From assembly GCA_944324665.1 (NCBI GenBank), contig CALUXD010000002.1, positions 352,694 to 416,693 on the forward strand: 64,000 nucleotides of DNA, given 5' to 3'. This document shows, in pieces, positions 1 through 9,266 of this stretch. Numbering within the stretch: the stretch's first letter is position 1; every line of letters starts with the position of its first letter. The DNA comes from Candidatus Proelusimicrobium volucris (lineage in GTDB: Bacteria; Elusimicrobiota; Elusimicrobia; Elusimicrobiales; Elusimicrobiaceae). Below the pieces are notes generated by a model. The model had not been told where the DNA came from. It did not search any database and saw only the letters and a list, made by a program, of their open reading frames with translations. Both the position numbers and the translations under genes were made by a program.

Positions 1-300
1 AGGCGTAAATGATGGCGTTTCTTTGGAGGTCTTAAAAGTTTTGTATAAAATTAAATACCTTTTGATGTTTAAAAATCCGGCTATTGCATTGGGAAATCGC
101 TTTTTCCCCCACTTGCCAGGAGAAAGTTTTTTATAGAAAATATTGATCTACCTGGAAATACTTTTCTGATAATGACTCGTTTTCCTTTCCCTTCGAAGAT
201 ATTTTCTAGTTACTTAAAATTCTTCTGCCGCTTTGATTTTACTAGAGAGGGGCAGGGTTTGTTTTAGAGGTGTTTAAATTATATTAGCCCTTAGTCAAAT

Positions 301-336
301 AAAAAAATCCCCGCTTTTAAGAGCGGGGATTTTTTG
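301..336. terminator. Rho-independent terminator hairpin downstream of the OmpA-family gene (looks bidirectional)
   Basis: Stem atccccgc (307-314) / gcggggat (323-330) with an 8-nt loop. It is flanked by an A-run (301-307) and a T-run (331-335). Confidence 0.7.
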
Positions 337-347
337 GGTAAAAACTT

Positions 348-983
348 TTATATTAAGTCTTTATTGGCCGTTATGTTAAGTTCCACGCGGCGGTTTTTCG
401 CTCTGCCCTCGGCGGTAGCGTTGCTGGCTACGGGGTTTTGTACGCCATAGCCGACATAGCTTATGGAGCTTGTCTTAAGGCCGTTATTCAAGATGAAATC
501 ATAAACGGCTTTAGCGCGTTTTTCCGAGAGAGTTTTGTTATAAGCTGCCGTACCGGTGGAATCTGTGTAGCCTTCTACTACTATAATATTGGCGGGATAT
601 TTCTTGAGAACTTTGTTAAGGTCCATTAAAGTATTCCCCGCCTCGTACGACAAGACTGCACTGTCGGTATCAAAAAGAATTTCGTTCTTTAAGGTTACGA
701 TAATACTGCCGTCTTCGGCGCGAGTTACATCGGCTATAGCTGCTAGTTCTTTGGCTTGTTTATCCAAATAGTTGCCGATTCCCCCTCCTAAAGCCGCGCC
801 TGCCAAAGCTCCGTAAATAGCTCCGCTTTCGGCCTTGCCGCCTGTGTTATGGGCGATTACCGCTCCGGCTATTGCGCCAGTCGCGGCGCCGGCCCCGGCA
901 CCTATCGCCGTTCTTTTGCCGGGCGTGGTGCAGGCGCTTAATACTAAAGCGCACAATACTGCTGTAAGTAAACCTTTTTTCAT
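348..983 (-). CDS. OmpA-family lipoprotein with an N-terminal glycine-zipper region
   Basis: Lipobox LVLSAC after a signal peptide. Gly/Ala-rich segment IGAGAGAATGAIAGAV. C-terminal OmpA-like domain (VEGYTDSTGTAAYNKTLSEKRAKAV ... NRRVEL). Confidence 0.85.
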   Translation of the reverse strand: MKKGLLTAVLCALVLSACTTPGKRTAIGAGAGAATGAIAGAVIAHNTGGKAESGAIYGALAGAALGGGIGNYLDKQAKELAAIADVTRAEDGSIIVTLKNEILFDTDSAVLSYEAGNTLMDLNKVLKKYPANIIVVEGYTDSTGTAAYNKTLSEKRAKAVYDFILNNGLKTSSISYVGYGVQNPVASNATAEGRAKNRRVELNITANKDLI

Positions 984-1044
984 TAGCTTTTACCTTCCTT
1001 GTCTAAAGTTTTACAGATGTTATTATACAAATTTTATCCGATTT

Positions 1045-1851
1045 TTATCCGTTAATAAGGATCCTCTCCGCCGCAGTATATGCCTTGGCCGTACCGCTTT
1101 GCGTTATTATATAATCTCTGTTCCGTTTGCTCCCCTCGTAAACAATGGTTCCTTCTTTTATTTCCGCAGATAAAACTCTGTCCAGGCGTTCATTATCTTT
1201 AAGATAGCCGGATAGTTTCATGGATTTTGAAAGCTCAAGAGCGCTCATTTTAGATGAGTTCCTCAGCATTTTGGCGCTGCCAAGTATTATCAGTGCGGCC
1301 AAGGCGGCGTTTAAGCTTTTGTCTTTTCGTCTTATAATAATATGTTCCTGTTCGCAGTAGGCTATTCTGTCCCATACGGAACTTTCCGGTCTGGGGATTG
1401 GAGGCGGCACCTTTCCGACAGTTCTTTTGCGAATTTCACCTCTAGGCGAGGGGGTTTTGCCAAAGTATTCCGGATTGTACTTGTCGGATAAGGTTTCTTC
1501 GGCACTTCTGTAAGTTTGTGGAATGGGCATTTTTGGAGAACCCCATATATCAGTTTTGGGTGTGTAGACTTTTCTTTCCCCACTATCCAAAAAGCTCGTT
1601 TTGCCGTTGATATATGCAGCTTTTTCCTGCTCACTTCTTGAGATTGTGAGGGAGGGCCTAAAGTCCGTTGGAATTATTTTTTGTTCATAATAATTTCCCG
1701 CTTCGGAAGTCGATTTTGAGTCAATATTTGCAAGTTTTAAAAACTCTTCTTTTTGTTTTTCAATAAAGGAAAGATTCCCTTCTGCTTCAAACTCCTCTCC
1801 ACTTTTCAGCTTTAATCTTAATTTGAAGATTTTCTCTTCGCTTTCAGGCAT
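1045..1851 (-). CDS. Hypothetical protein (268 aa), with a possible C-terminal winged-helix-like region
   Basis: Long ORF. I chose the internal ATG at 1851 because GGAGG lies 7 nt upstream, whereas the track start at 1935 has no SD. No family recognised. Confidence 0.55.
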   Translation of the reverse strand: MPESEEKIFKLRLKLKSGEEFEAEGNLSFIEKQKEEFLKLANIDSKSTSEAGNYYEQKIIPTDFRPSLTISRSEQEKAAYINGKTSFLDSGERKVYTPKTDIWGSPKMPIPQTYRSAEETLSDKYNPEYFGKTPSPRGEIRKRTVGKVPPPIPRPESSVWDRIAYCEQEHIIIRRKDKSLNAALAALIILGSAKMLRNSSKMSALELSKSMKLSGYLKDNERLDRVLSAEIKEGTIVYEGSKRNRDYIITQSGTAKAYTAAERILING

Positions 1852-1921
1852 AAGGCAACCTCCGATAGAGTTATCCAACGGTGTTATTAACAGCTTTTGA
1901 CATATAATAGCAATAATTGGA

Positions 1922-2028
1922 TTATATGTCAACATATGTTTTTACTATGTTTTTATATGTCACAAACTGTTTATAACCCTATTTCTCAGACGAGAATTTA
2001 CAAGATTGTTCTCCTTGATTATATGTCA
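1922..2028. repeat. Three direct copies of TTATATGTCA in the AT-rich region upstream of the 1045-1851 gene
   Basis: Exact decamer at 1922-1931, 1953-1962 and 2019-2028 (GATTATATGTCA in copies 1 and 3). A 10-bp palindrome AACATATGTT lies at 1931-1940. Confidence 0.6.
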
Positions 2029-2384
2029 TAGTCACCAGGAAACCGGAATTTATGCTGGAAAAATAAAAAACAACCTCTCTTTTTGTAAAGAATGAATCAT
2101 TTTTTAGATATTAAAATATATAATATTTTTGTTATAATCCATGGTTGAAATGTAAATAAAAATAATAGTTTTTCCCCTTACTTTTCTTATAAAAATATAC
2201 AGTTTTTATAATATTGTGGAATAATAAAATGCTTATAATGCTTGATTTTAGTTGCTTAATTGTGGAATTGATATTTTTCCATAAGTTTAAAATATGGCGC
2301 AAAATTAAAAAATGCTTAGATTTGGATTTTATGATTTTGGAATATATTTGGGTATACTAAAAACGGGATTTTTTAATTTTGGTT

Positions 2385-2393
2385 TGCTATAAT
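2385..2393 (+). promoter_or_regulatory. Extended -10 element TGCTATAAT directly in front of queH
   Basis: TGnTATAAT match. The hexamer ends 6 nt before the ATG at 2400 and there is no SD in between. Confidence 0.4.
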
Positions 2394-2399
2394 AATTAT

Positions 2400-2948
2400 A
2401 TGGCAAAGATGTTATTGCTTTCCTGCTGTGCGCCGTGCAGCTGTGGCGTAATAAAGAAACTCTCACGGGAGGGCAGGGATTTTGCCGTACTCTTTTATAA
2501 TCCGAATATTGCGCCGGAAGATGAATATAAAAAACGTCTAGCCGAGAATAAAAGGTTGTGCGATGTTTGTAAAGTGCCTTTTTATGATTTGGAATATCAA
2601 CCTGCTCTCTGGGCTGAGGCGATAAAAGGCTGTGAGAAAGACGCTGAACGCGGCGAACGCTGTTTTAGATGTTTTTTGATGAGGCTGCGCCGTGCGGCGG
2701 TATTTGCCAAGCATAACGGCTTTGATACTTTCAGTTCCGTTTTGGGCGTTTCCAGACATAAGGATATGGACCAGGTAAATAAAGCCGGGCTTATGGCGGG
2801 CGAGCTTGAAGGAATACCTTACGATACTTTCAATTGGCGCAAGGGCGGGCTTGAGGAGTTGCGCCGCGCCGTCAATAAAGAATTGACTTTGTACAATCAG
2901 AATTATTGCGGTTGCCCCTATTCCAAAAGAAACAAAGACATTGAGTAG
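2400..2948 (+). CDS. queH: Epoxyqueuosine reductase QueH (DUF208 family)
   Basis: N-terminal LLLSCCAPCS motif, a C-terminal CGC cysteine cluster, and ~180 aa size typical of QueH. The start could also be the ATG at 2409. Confidence 0.8.
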   Translation: MAKMLLLSCCAPCSCGVIKKLSREGRDFAVLFYNPNIAPEDEYKKRLAENKRLCDVCKVPFYDLEYQPALWAEAIKGCEKDAERGERCFRCFLMRLRRAAVFAKHNGFDTFSSVLGVSRHKDMDQVNKAGLMAGELEGIPYDTFNWRKGGLEELRRAVNKELTLYNQNYCGCPYSKRNKDIE

Positions 2949-3325
2949 TATAAATTTTCGCTTAAGGAAATTCTTCCGTGCTTTTTCCTCCGTTAAATAA
3001 AGTTTTTCCCCTACACAGTAAGGGCTTTGTATTGATTGCCGATAAATCTAAGGGGCATATCTTTCCCTTGGTGTAATAAGTGACTGTCGTAATCCTGTGA
3101 TGCTTATCCGGATACGTTGGGTGTGTCGGATATACGTTCCGACGGGGAAAGTTCATATCTGTTCTGCTTTATATTGTGGTAAAAAGTTTCAAATATAGTC
3201 TTTAAGAGGCAAATAACACAAGCAAATAGGCCTTTTTTCCCCATAGTAAAGGCTAAAAAATTATTTGCGAGAGAGTATTGCCCTAAAAAATAGTTTTTTA
3301 TACCGCCGCAGAGGTGTTTTTCCCT

Positions 3326-4747
3326 TTATTCTGTCGGATCTTCAAAACCTACCAGCCACGTGGCGATAAAGCCCGCCGCCGCGGCGGTTAATAAGCCTAT
3401 AAAATAGAATATCGTACTGTGCCAATCGCTCATAGCCAATAAAAGTACAACGCCCGATACTCCAAAGGGTATAGCAGCCGTAGCGTGCAACGCCGATATT
3501 ACCGCTCCGCCGAACGCCGCGCCTACGCAGGCGGTTATGAACGGTTTGAATAAAGGCAAAGTAACGCCGTATATCAGCGGTTCGCCTATACCTAATATCC
3601 CGACGGGCAAAGCGTTTTTTATTATTTGTTTCAGACGGCTGTTTTTAGTTTTTGCCAGCACCGCTATACTCGCGCCGACTTGCCCCGCCCCCGCCATGCA
3701 TAGTATAGGGAAAAGCGGGTTATTGCCCAAAGTGTCGATCAGCTGTTGGTATAAAGGTATTAGGCTTTGATGTATCCCCAGCATTACCACTGGGAGAAAT
3801 CCGCCCGCCAAAATAAAACCAGTGAATGCCCCACCGTGTTCAATGGCCTTTTGCGTGAACAGCGCCAATTTATCGGATAAATAACCCGCGGCGGGCTGTA
3901 TCGCTATAAGCGATAAAAATCCTATTACAAGGACGGTGAATGTAGGAGTTAGGAACATATCCGTACTGCCCTTAAAGCGTTTTTTTATGAATTTTTCAAA
4001 CATACTGCCGAAGTAGCATACCGCCAATACGGCTATTATCCCCCCCTTGCCCGCGGAAAGCTGCATTCCGAATAAACTTACCTCGCTCAGTGACGGGATA
4101 TTTAGTATCCCCGCGAATACCACGCCCAATGCGGGCGTGCCGCCAAATTCTTTGTTGGCGTTATATCCTACTATCGCGCTTAAATAAAAGAATATACCAT
4201 TGCCGAATACGGAAAGCAAAGCGTTTATGTTTGAATAATCAGTTGGCAACAGTTTGGATAAAATATTGTTTATGCCAAGTATCAGGCCGCAGGCGATATA
4301 GGCGGGTATCAGAGGCAGGAAAATATTACCTATTTTGGAGCATATCTTGCTTAAAACGCTGGAATATTTCTTTTTTATTTCAGCTTTTACCTCTTTGTTT
4401 TTTCCTATTTGCTTGGCTGCTGTATTTGGTACGGAGCTATTTGCTTGTTTTTCTGCGCTTTGATTATTTGTTCCATCTAAATTAAGCGGAGCTATTTTGT
4501 GCTTTGAGTGTATATAGTCTGCAAGTTCACCGCATATGCCGGGGCCTAAGATTAGCTGATGTTGGCGTCCGTTCTTTAGGTATCCCATTACGCCGGGTAT
4601 TTTCTTAAAATTTTCAGGAGAGATAACGTCTTCGTTATTAAGAGTAAAGCGCAGTCTTGTCATACAGCTGCCTAGAGATGTTATGTTGTCCGCGCCGCCG
4701 GCGGCTTCTATTATTTTTAAGTAAAGCGTCTGTATTTTATTTTCCAT
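3326..4747 (-). CDS. PTS sugar transporter subunit EIIBC (EIIB-first, sucrose/trehalose/MurNAc-type glucose superfamily)
   Basis: EIIB phosphocysteine motif GSCMTRLRF near the N-terminus, followed by a linker and a polytopic EIIC domain. SD AAAGGA lies upstream. Confidence 0.85.
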   Translation of the reverse strand: MENKIQTLYLKIIEAAGGADNITSLGSCMTRLRFTLNNEDVISPENFKKIPGVMGYLKNGRQHQLILGPGICGELADYIHSKHKIAPLNLDGTNNQSAEKQANSSVPNTAAKQIGKNKEVKAEIKKKYSSVLSKICSKIGNIFLPLIPAYIACGLILGINNILSKLLPTDYSNINALLSVFGNGIFFYLSAIVGYNANKEFGGTPALGVVFAGILNIPSLSEVSLFGMQLSAGKGGIIAVLAVCYFGSMFEKFIKKRFKGSTDMFLTPTFTVLVIGFLSLIAIQPAAGYLSDKLALFTQKAIEHGGAFTGFILAGGFLPVVMLGIHQSLIPLYQQLIDTLGNNPLFPILCMAGAGQVGASIAVLAKTKNSRLKQIIKNALPVGILGIGEPLIYGVTLPLFKPFITACVGAAFGGAVISALHATAAIPFGVSGVVLLLAMSDWHSTIFYFIGLLTAAAAGFIATWLVGFEDPTE

Positions 4748-4820
4748 ATTTTATCCTTTTAGTATTGCCTATATGCGGTATTTTTTGAATAGTTTTTTCG
4801 GCAAAGCCCTATCTTTTATT

Positions 4821-4857
4821 AAAGAAGCCCGCATCTTTTGGGGACGCGGGCTTCTTT
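4821..4857 (-). terminator. Hairpin terminator between the TPR gene and the PTS gene
   Basis: 12-bp arms aaagaagcccgc (4821-4832) / gcgggcttcttt (4846-4857). Confidence 0.5.
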
Positions 4858-4871
4858 GCAAAAATATAAAT

Positions 4872-5522
4872 TTATTTTATTTTGTCGGCTTGAAGTTTGG
4901 CCAAAGAAGCACTGTAACTTGAAGGATATTGTTCCGCGATTTCAAGATACATAGCTTTAGCCTCCTGCGGTTTGCCTGATAATTCAGTAGCCAAAGCCTT
5001 GTGTGTTTTTACTTGCGCCAAAATAAAGTGATTGGGATATTTAGCCTCGAAGGCGGAGGCTTGTTCTATGGCTTTATCGTACATATTCTGCGCTATATAA
5101 GCAGCTATCAAAGAGCTTTCCGCCAATGCCTGCAATTCTTTGTTGCCGTTCTTTAAAGCCTGCTTAAAATAGAGTTCCGCCTTTTCGTAATTCTTATTTT
5201 GATAATAAGCGTTGCCCAGCGTCAGGGCTGCATAGGCGCCGGCGGGTTTTTCCTCATTGGCGGCGGCGTAAATTTCCAATTCGGAGAAGTCTGTATTTTC
5301 TTCTTCGGTCTGTAAGGCCAAAGGCAATTCCGCCAAGAATAAATCCCCCCATTGTTTTTGATAAGCTTGATTTTTAAGATGGGCCGTAAGCGCGCCCGCG
5401 GCGATAGCCAGGAGTACTATGCCAACCATTATCAAAATTTGTTTTTTATAGAGTTTGATTTTCTGCTCCAATACATCGATAATTCCTTTTTCGTTTATAT
5501 TTTGCTGATTGTTGTTTTTCAT
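4872..5522 (-). CDS. Membrane-anchored tetratricopeptide-repeat protein (YfgM-like layout)
   Basis: One N-terminal TM helix (ILIMVGIVLLAIAAGALTA), then TPR-like repeats (ALTLGNAYYQNKNYEKAELYFKQALK etc.). Confidence 0.7.
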   Translation of the reverse strand: MKNNNQQNINEKGIIDVLEQKIKLYKKQILIMVGIVLLAIAAGALTAHLKNQAYQKQWGDLFLAELPLALQTEEENTDFSELEIYAAANEEKPAGAYAALTLGNAYYQNKNYEKAELYFKQALKNGNKELQALAESSLIAAYIAQNMYDKAIEQASAFEAKYPNHFILAQVKTHKALATELSGKPQEAKAMYLEIAEQYPSSYSASLAKLQADKIK

Positions 5523-5552
5523 AATTGTTTTACACCCGTTACCTTTAAATTT

Positions 5553-6059
5553 TTATAACAAATCTTTTTCCTGCAGATGAATACATTCAACCCCGTTTTT
5601 GCCCAGCAGGTTTACGCCCTCCAAAGAGCGGTCGTAAAGTTCGGAGAAGTAAACTCTTTTTATGCCCGAGGCTATTATTACTTTGGCGCAGTGCACGCAA
5701 GGCGAAAAGGTTATATATAAGTCGGAGTTATCGGTAGCTATACCGCTTTTTGCGGCGAACAAAAGAGCGTTTTGTTCGGCGTGCAGTTCATTATCGTTTG
5801 AAAACGCTCCGTGTATCTGATAGAAATCCTGACTTCTGAAAAAGTCTTCCAAGGTTTTGTATTTATCGGCGAAATCGTGTTCGTATATTTTTTTAAAGTG
5901 GTCCTCGCAGTGTTCCCTGCCGGAAGGGACTCCATTAAAGCCTATGCTTATCACGCGGTTGTTTTTGACCAAAACCGCCCCCACTTTAAGACGCGCGCAA
6001 GTAGATTGCTGCGCCACGAGCTTGGCCATACTTATAAAAAGTTTGTTCTTATTCTTCAT
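5553..6059 (-). CDS. Deoxycytidylate (dCMP) deaminase, ComEB-type
   Basis: Zinc-binding motifs HAEQNAL and PCVHCAK of the cytidine/deoxycytidylate deaminase fold. ~168 aa. Confidence 0.85.
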   Translation of the reverse strand: MKNKNKLFISMAKLVAQQSTCARLKVGAVLVKNNRVISIGFNGVPSGREHCEDHFKKIYEHDFADKYKTLEDFFRSQDFYQIHGAFSNDNELHAEQNALLFAAKSGIATDNSDLYITFSPCVHCAKVIIASGIKRVYFSELYDRSLEGVNLLGKNGVECIHLQEKDLL

Positions 6060-7839
6060 TATTGACCTCTTTCTTTTTCTTGAACTGAGCGTTATATAAG
6101 GCTTTATAGGCGCCGTTTCCTTCTTTCATAAGTTGCTCGTGCGTACCGCTTTCCACTATTCTGCCTTCGTTTATTACTATTATTTTATCGGCGTTCTGTA
6201 TCGTGCTTAAGCGATGGGCTATTACGAATACCGTGCGGTCCTTCATAAGATTGTCTATCGCTTTTTGTACTATCGCTTCGGATTTATTGTCCAGCGCGCT
6301 GGTGGCTTCGTCCAATATCACTACGGGCGCCTGCTTTAAGAACGCTCTGGCTATCGCTATGCGCTGTTTCTGTCCGCCCGATAACATTACGCCGCGTTCG
6401 CCGACATAAGTGTCAAGGCCGTCTTTAAGGGAAGCTATAAAATCCTCCAAATGCGCGCTCTTTACCGCTTGTTTTATATCCGCTTCGGCGGCATAGGGGT
6501 TCCCGATCATTATATTTTCCCTAATAGTGCCGCTGAATAGGAAATTATCCTGAAACACTACCGCAATCTGCTTCCTTAAAGAATAGAGATCGATATCTTT
6601 TACGTCTATGCCGTCTATTTTGACGCTTCCCCTTGTCGTATCGTAAAAGCGCGGGATAAGGTTGACGAAAGTCGTTTTTCCGCCGCCGCTGTTGCCTACC
6701 AAAGCTATAGTTTGACCGACGGGCACTTTTAAAGAAATGTCTTTGAGTACGGGCAGGCCTTCTTTATATTCGAAAACGACATCGTCAAATTCTATATCCT
6801 TGCGGATAGAGTCTATTTTTACGGCGTTTTTCGCGCTTTTTATCGAGGTTTTGTAGTTTAGCATTTCAAATACGCGCTCAATGGCGAGGAACGCTTTTTG
6901 TATGTCTATATAATTGTTGCCTATTGATTTAAGCGGGGTATAGAGCATTAACAACGCCGCTATGAAAGAGGCGAAGTTACCGCTTGTTATGGTCCCTTTT
7001 ATTATCAAATTGTTGCCGTACCATATTACGCCCGCCACTCCGAAGGATATTACCACATGCATTACAGGCGAAAGCCAGTTGGTGTGTTTTACCATCTTCA
7101 TGGAGAGATAAAACAGTTCGTCCAAAATGCCGTATTGCTTCTTTAATTGATAGTCCTGCAAATTATAAGAGGTTATCGTCTTATAGCCCGTGCAGGTTTC
7201 GTTATAGGAAGTTATTACGTCTGAGCCTGAAGTCACTATCTTGGGCGTTATCTTTTTTATCTTCTTTCTGACGTATTGCATCGGCAGGGCGGCTATGCCC
7301 AAGACCATTATCGCTATTATCGTAAGCTGCCAGGAGTTGTATACTAGTACGCATACCAAACCTATCGAGGAAAATAATCTCGTCAGGAATTGCTTTACAT
7401 TGTTGATTAAGGCGTTGCTGGCGGTATCGGCGTCGCTGTAAAAGCGGTATACGACATCGCCGGAATTGTGGTTGTCAAAGAAGCCCGGATCAAAGGTAAG
7501 CAGTTTTTGATAGAGCTTTTTCTTTAAGTCGGTGGTGATTTTCGTGCCGACCCAGCTGTTAAGATACGTGGAGGAGAAATTCAACACTCCCTGCACTATG
7601 GCGAAAAGCACTATCAGCAACGGGATATATCCCGCCCAGTCCGCGTTTTTGGCCACCACTACATTATCGACGTAATATTTAAGGAACATCGCTACCGCGC
7701 CGTCCAATGCACCGGCGGGTATAGTCAGGGCTATTCCCAAAAGCGTTCGAAACCAATAGGGCTTTATCAAGGGGCCCATTCTTCGTACGAAGTCTTTTAG
7801 GGTAGTTGGATTAAGTTCCCTGTTAAAATTATTGTCCAT
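6049..7839 (-). CDS. ABC exporter, fused permease/ATPase (MsbA-like lipid/multidrug exporter family)
   Basis: Six-helix N-terminal TMD. Walker A GNSGGGKTT, signature LSGGQKQRIAIARA, Walker B VVILDEATSALD. Confidence 0.85.
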   Translation of the reverse strand: MDNNFNRELNPTTLKDFVRRMGPLIKPYWFRTLLGIALTIPAGALDGAVAMFLKYYVDNVVVAKNADWAGYIPLLIVLFAIVQGVLNFSSTYLNSWVGTKITTDLKKKLYQKLLTFDPGFFDNHNSGDVVYRFYSDADTASNALINNVKQFLTRLFSSIGLVCVLVYNSWQLTIIAIMVLGIAALPMQYVRKKIKKITPKIVTSGSDVITSYNETCTGYKTITSYNLQDYQLKKQYGILDELFYLSMKMVKHTNWLSPVMHVVISFGVAGVIWYGNNLIIKGTITSGNFASFIAALLMLYTPLKSIGNNYIDIQKAFLAIERVFEMLNYKTSIKSAKNAVKIDSIRKDIEFDDVVFEYKEGLPVLKDISLKVPVGQTIALVGNSGGGKTTFVNLIPRFYDTTRGSVKIDGIDVKDIDLYSLRKQIAVVFQDNFLFSGTIRENIMIGNPYAAEADIKQAVKSAHLEDFIASLKDGLDTYVGERGVMLSGGQKQRIAIARAFLKQAPVVILDEATSALDNKSEAIVQKAIDNLMKDRTVFVIAHRLSTIQNADKIIVINEGRIVESGTHEQLMKEGNGAYKALYNAQFKKKKEVNNEE

Positions 7840-7841
7840 AG

Positions 7842-9110
7842 TTATTTATAGCTTTCTATGATGTCGTAAGTATCCATAAAGCCCATCTGTACGGCGACTG
7901 TGGACGCATCTAGCTTTTGACGGTTTTGAAGTCTGGGGCTTGCACCATTGTCCAATAAGAATTTTGCCATCTTTTTATCGTCGTTTTCCGCGGCTATGAA
8001 CAAAACGCTCTCGCCTTTATTGTTCCTGGCGTTTATATCGGCGCCTTTAGCTATTAGATTTTTTATCAATTGCTCATTTTTGGCTCTTACGGCATAGAAC
8101 ATCGGCGTTTCGCCTTTTAGATCCACAGCGTTTACGTTCGCGCCGTTTTCTATTAAGAACATTGACATATCGTTCATATTGCCTGAATTGCTGCCGGACT
8201 GTTCTATTAAAGTCATTAAAACCGTTTGGCCTTTTGTGTTAAGCTGGTCGATATTCGCGCCGGCTAAGAGAATCATTGTAACTATCTCTTTATTGCCGCT
8301 TAAAGCCGCGTCGGTCAGTACGGGGTTGCCTTTGGAATCGGTTTGGTTTGGATCTGCTTTTGCCGTATCGATTAGAAGCGTAATCATATCTTTATCTCTT
8401 TCTTTTATGGCTTTTTCCAAGGGCGGGAGAGAATCGGAAATGTCTATGCCGTTTTTGGCGGCGTATTCGATGAGGAGTTTTGTCGTTTCGGTGTCATTTG
8501 ATTCTATCGTTTGCGCCAAATAATTTGTTGTAGACGAGAATAATACCGAGGCGTCCGCCCCGTTCTGCAAAAGCAAGGGAATTGCTTTTTTGTGGCCGTT
8601 TTCCAGGGCGCCCTCTATCGGCAATTTACCGCCTATACTGGGTTTATTGAAATTGACTTCCCTTTCCGCCAAGAATTGCAATATATACAGGCCGTTATTT
8701 CTCTCAGACGCCGCCAAGTATGCCAGCGTCAAATCGTTTGTGGTTCTTTTTATGTTGTTATAAAGGAATTTTCCTTTCGGCAGGCTTTCGCGGAACGCCA
8801 GCAGATTTTCCATATCCTGCAGGCTTAAATAAGCTTCCGGATTAATGTGATTTTCGTCTACTTGTTTCTTTATAAATCCCAAGTCGCCCCTCATTGCGGC
8901 GCCGATTAAATCCGCCTGGAGTTTTGAGTCGGGCAACTTATATTCCGGCTTAACACATTTGCAGTCCGGATAATCCGTTCTGGTTTCCCAGCTTTTGCAA
9001 GTATTTGTGCATACTTTTGGAGCTTCTTCCTGTTTTGGAGCTTCTTTCTTGCCGCAAGCACCTAAAACAAAAGCAAGAAGGCATAAAGAAAATAAGTATA
9101 AATTTTTCAT
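7842..9110 (-). CDS. Ankyrin-repeat lipoprotein
   Basis: Start at the ATG at 9110 gives MKNLYLFSLCLLAFVLGAC (lipobox). There are multiple ANK repeats, e.g. GETPMFYAVRAKNEQLIKNLIAKGADINARNNKGESVLFIAA. Confidence 0.8.
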   Translation of the reverse strand: MKNLYLFSLCLLAFVLGACGKKEAPKQEEAPKVCTNTCKSWETRTDYPDCKCVKPEYKLPDSKLQADLIGAAMRGDLGFIKKQVDENHINPEAYLSLQDMENLLAFRESLPKGKFLYNNIKRTTNDLTLAYLAASERNNGLYILQFLAEREVNFNKPSIGGKLPIEGALENGHKKAIPLLLQNGADASVLFSSTTNYLAQTIESNDTETTKLLIEYAAKNGIDISDSLPPLEKAIKERDKDMITLLIDTAKADPNQTDSKGNPVLTDAALSGNKEIVTMILLAGANIDQLNTKGQTVLMTLIEQSGSNSGNMNDMSMFLIENGANVNAVDLKGETPMFYAVRAKNEQLIKNLIAKGADINARNNKGESVLFIAAENDDKKMAKFLLDNGASPRLQNRQKLDASTVAVQMGFMDTYDIIESYK

Positions 9111-9179
9111 TTTGGGTTCCCCTTTAATGCGATATATTACATATATCATTTTAGCAAAAAAAACCTTAACTGTGACGGT

Positions 9180-9208
9180 TTGACTAAATTTTTTAAATTA
9201 GCTATTAT
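9180..9208 (+). promoter_or_regulatory. Sigma70-like promoter TTGACT-N17-TATTAT for the M15 peptidase operon
   Basis: -35 TTGACT at 9180-9185, a 17-nt spacer, and -10 TATTAT at 9203-9208. The track's TTG start at 9180 is the -35 box itself. Confidence 0.5.
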
Positions 9209-9266
9209 AAAAATAAGCGGAGAGCCTTATAAACTGCCGAAAAACCACGGCTTTTTACAGGTGTTT

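Noticed and set aside
2-136. Open frame running in from the left edge (…ALGNRFFPHLPGESFL*)
   Set aside because: It could be the 3' end of an upstream gene. Only 44 codons are visible and I recognise no motif, so I cannot support a call.
2962-3156. 64-aa minus-strand ORF in the queH/PTS spacer
   Set aside because: It has no SD, and its His/Pro/Thr/Tyr-rich composition is unlike that of neighbouring genes.
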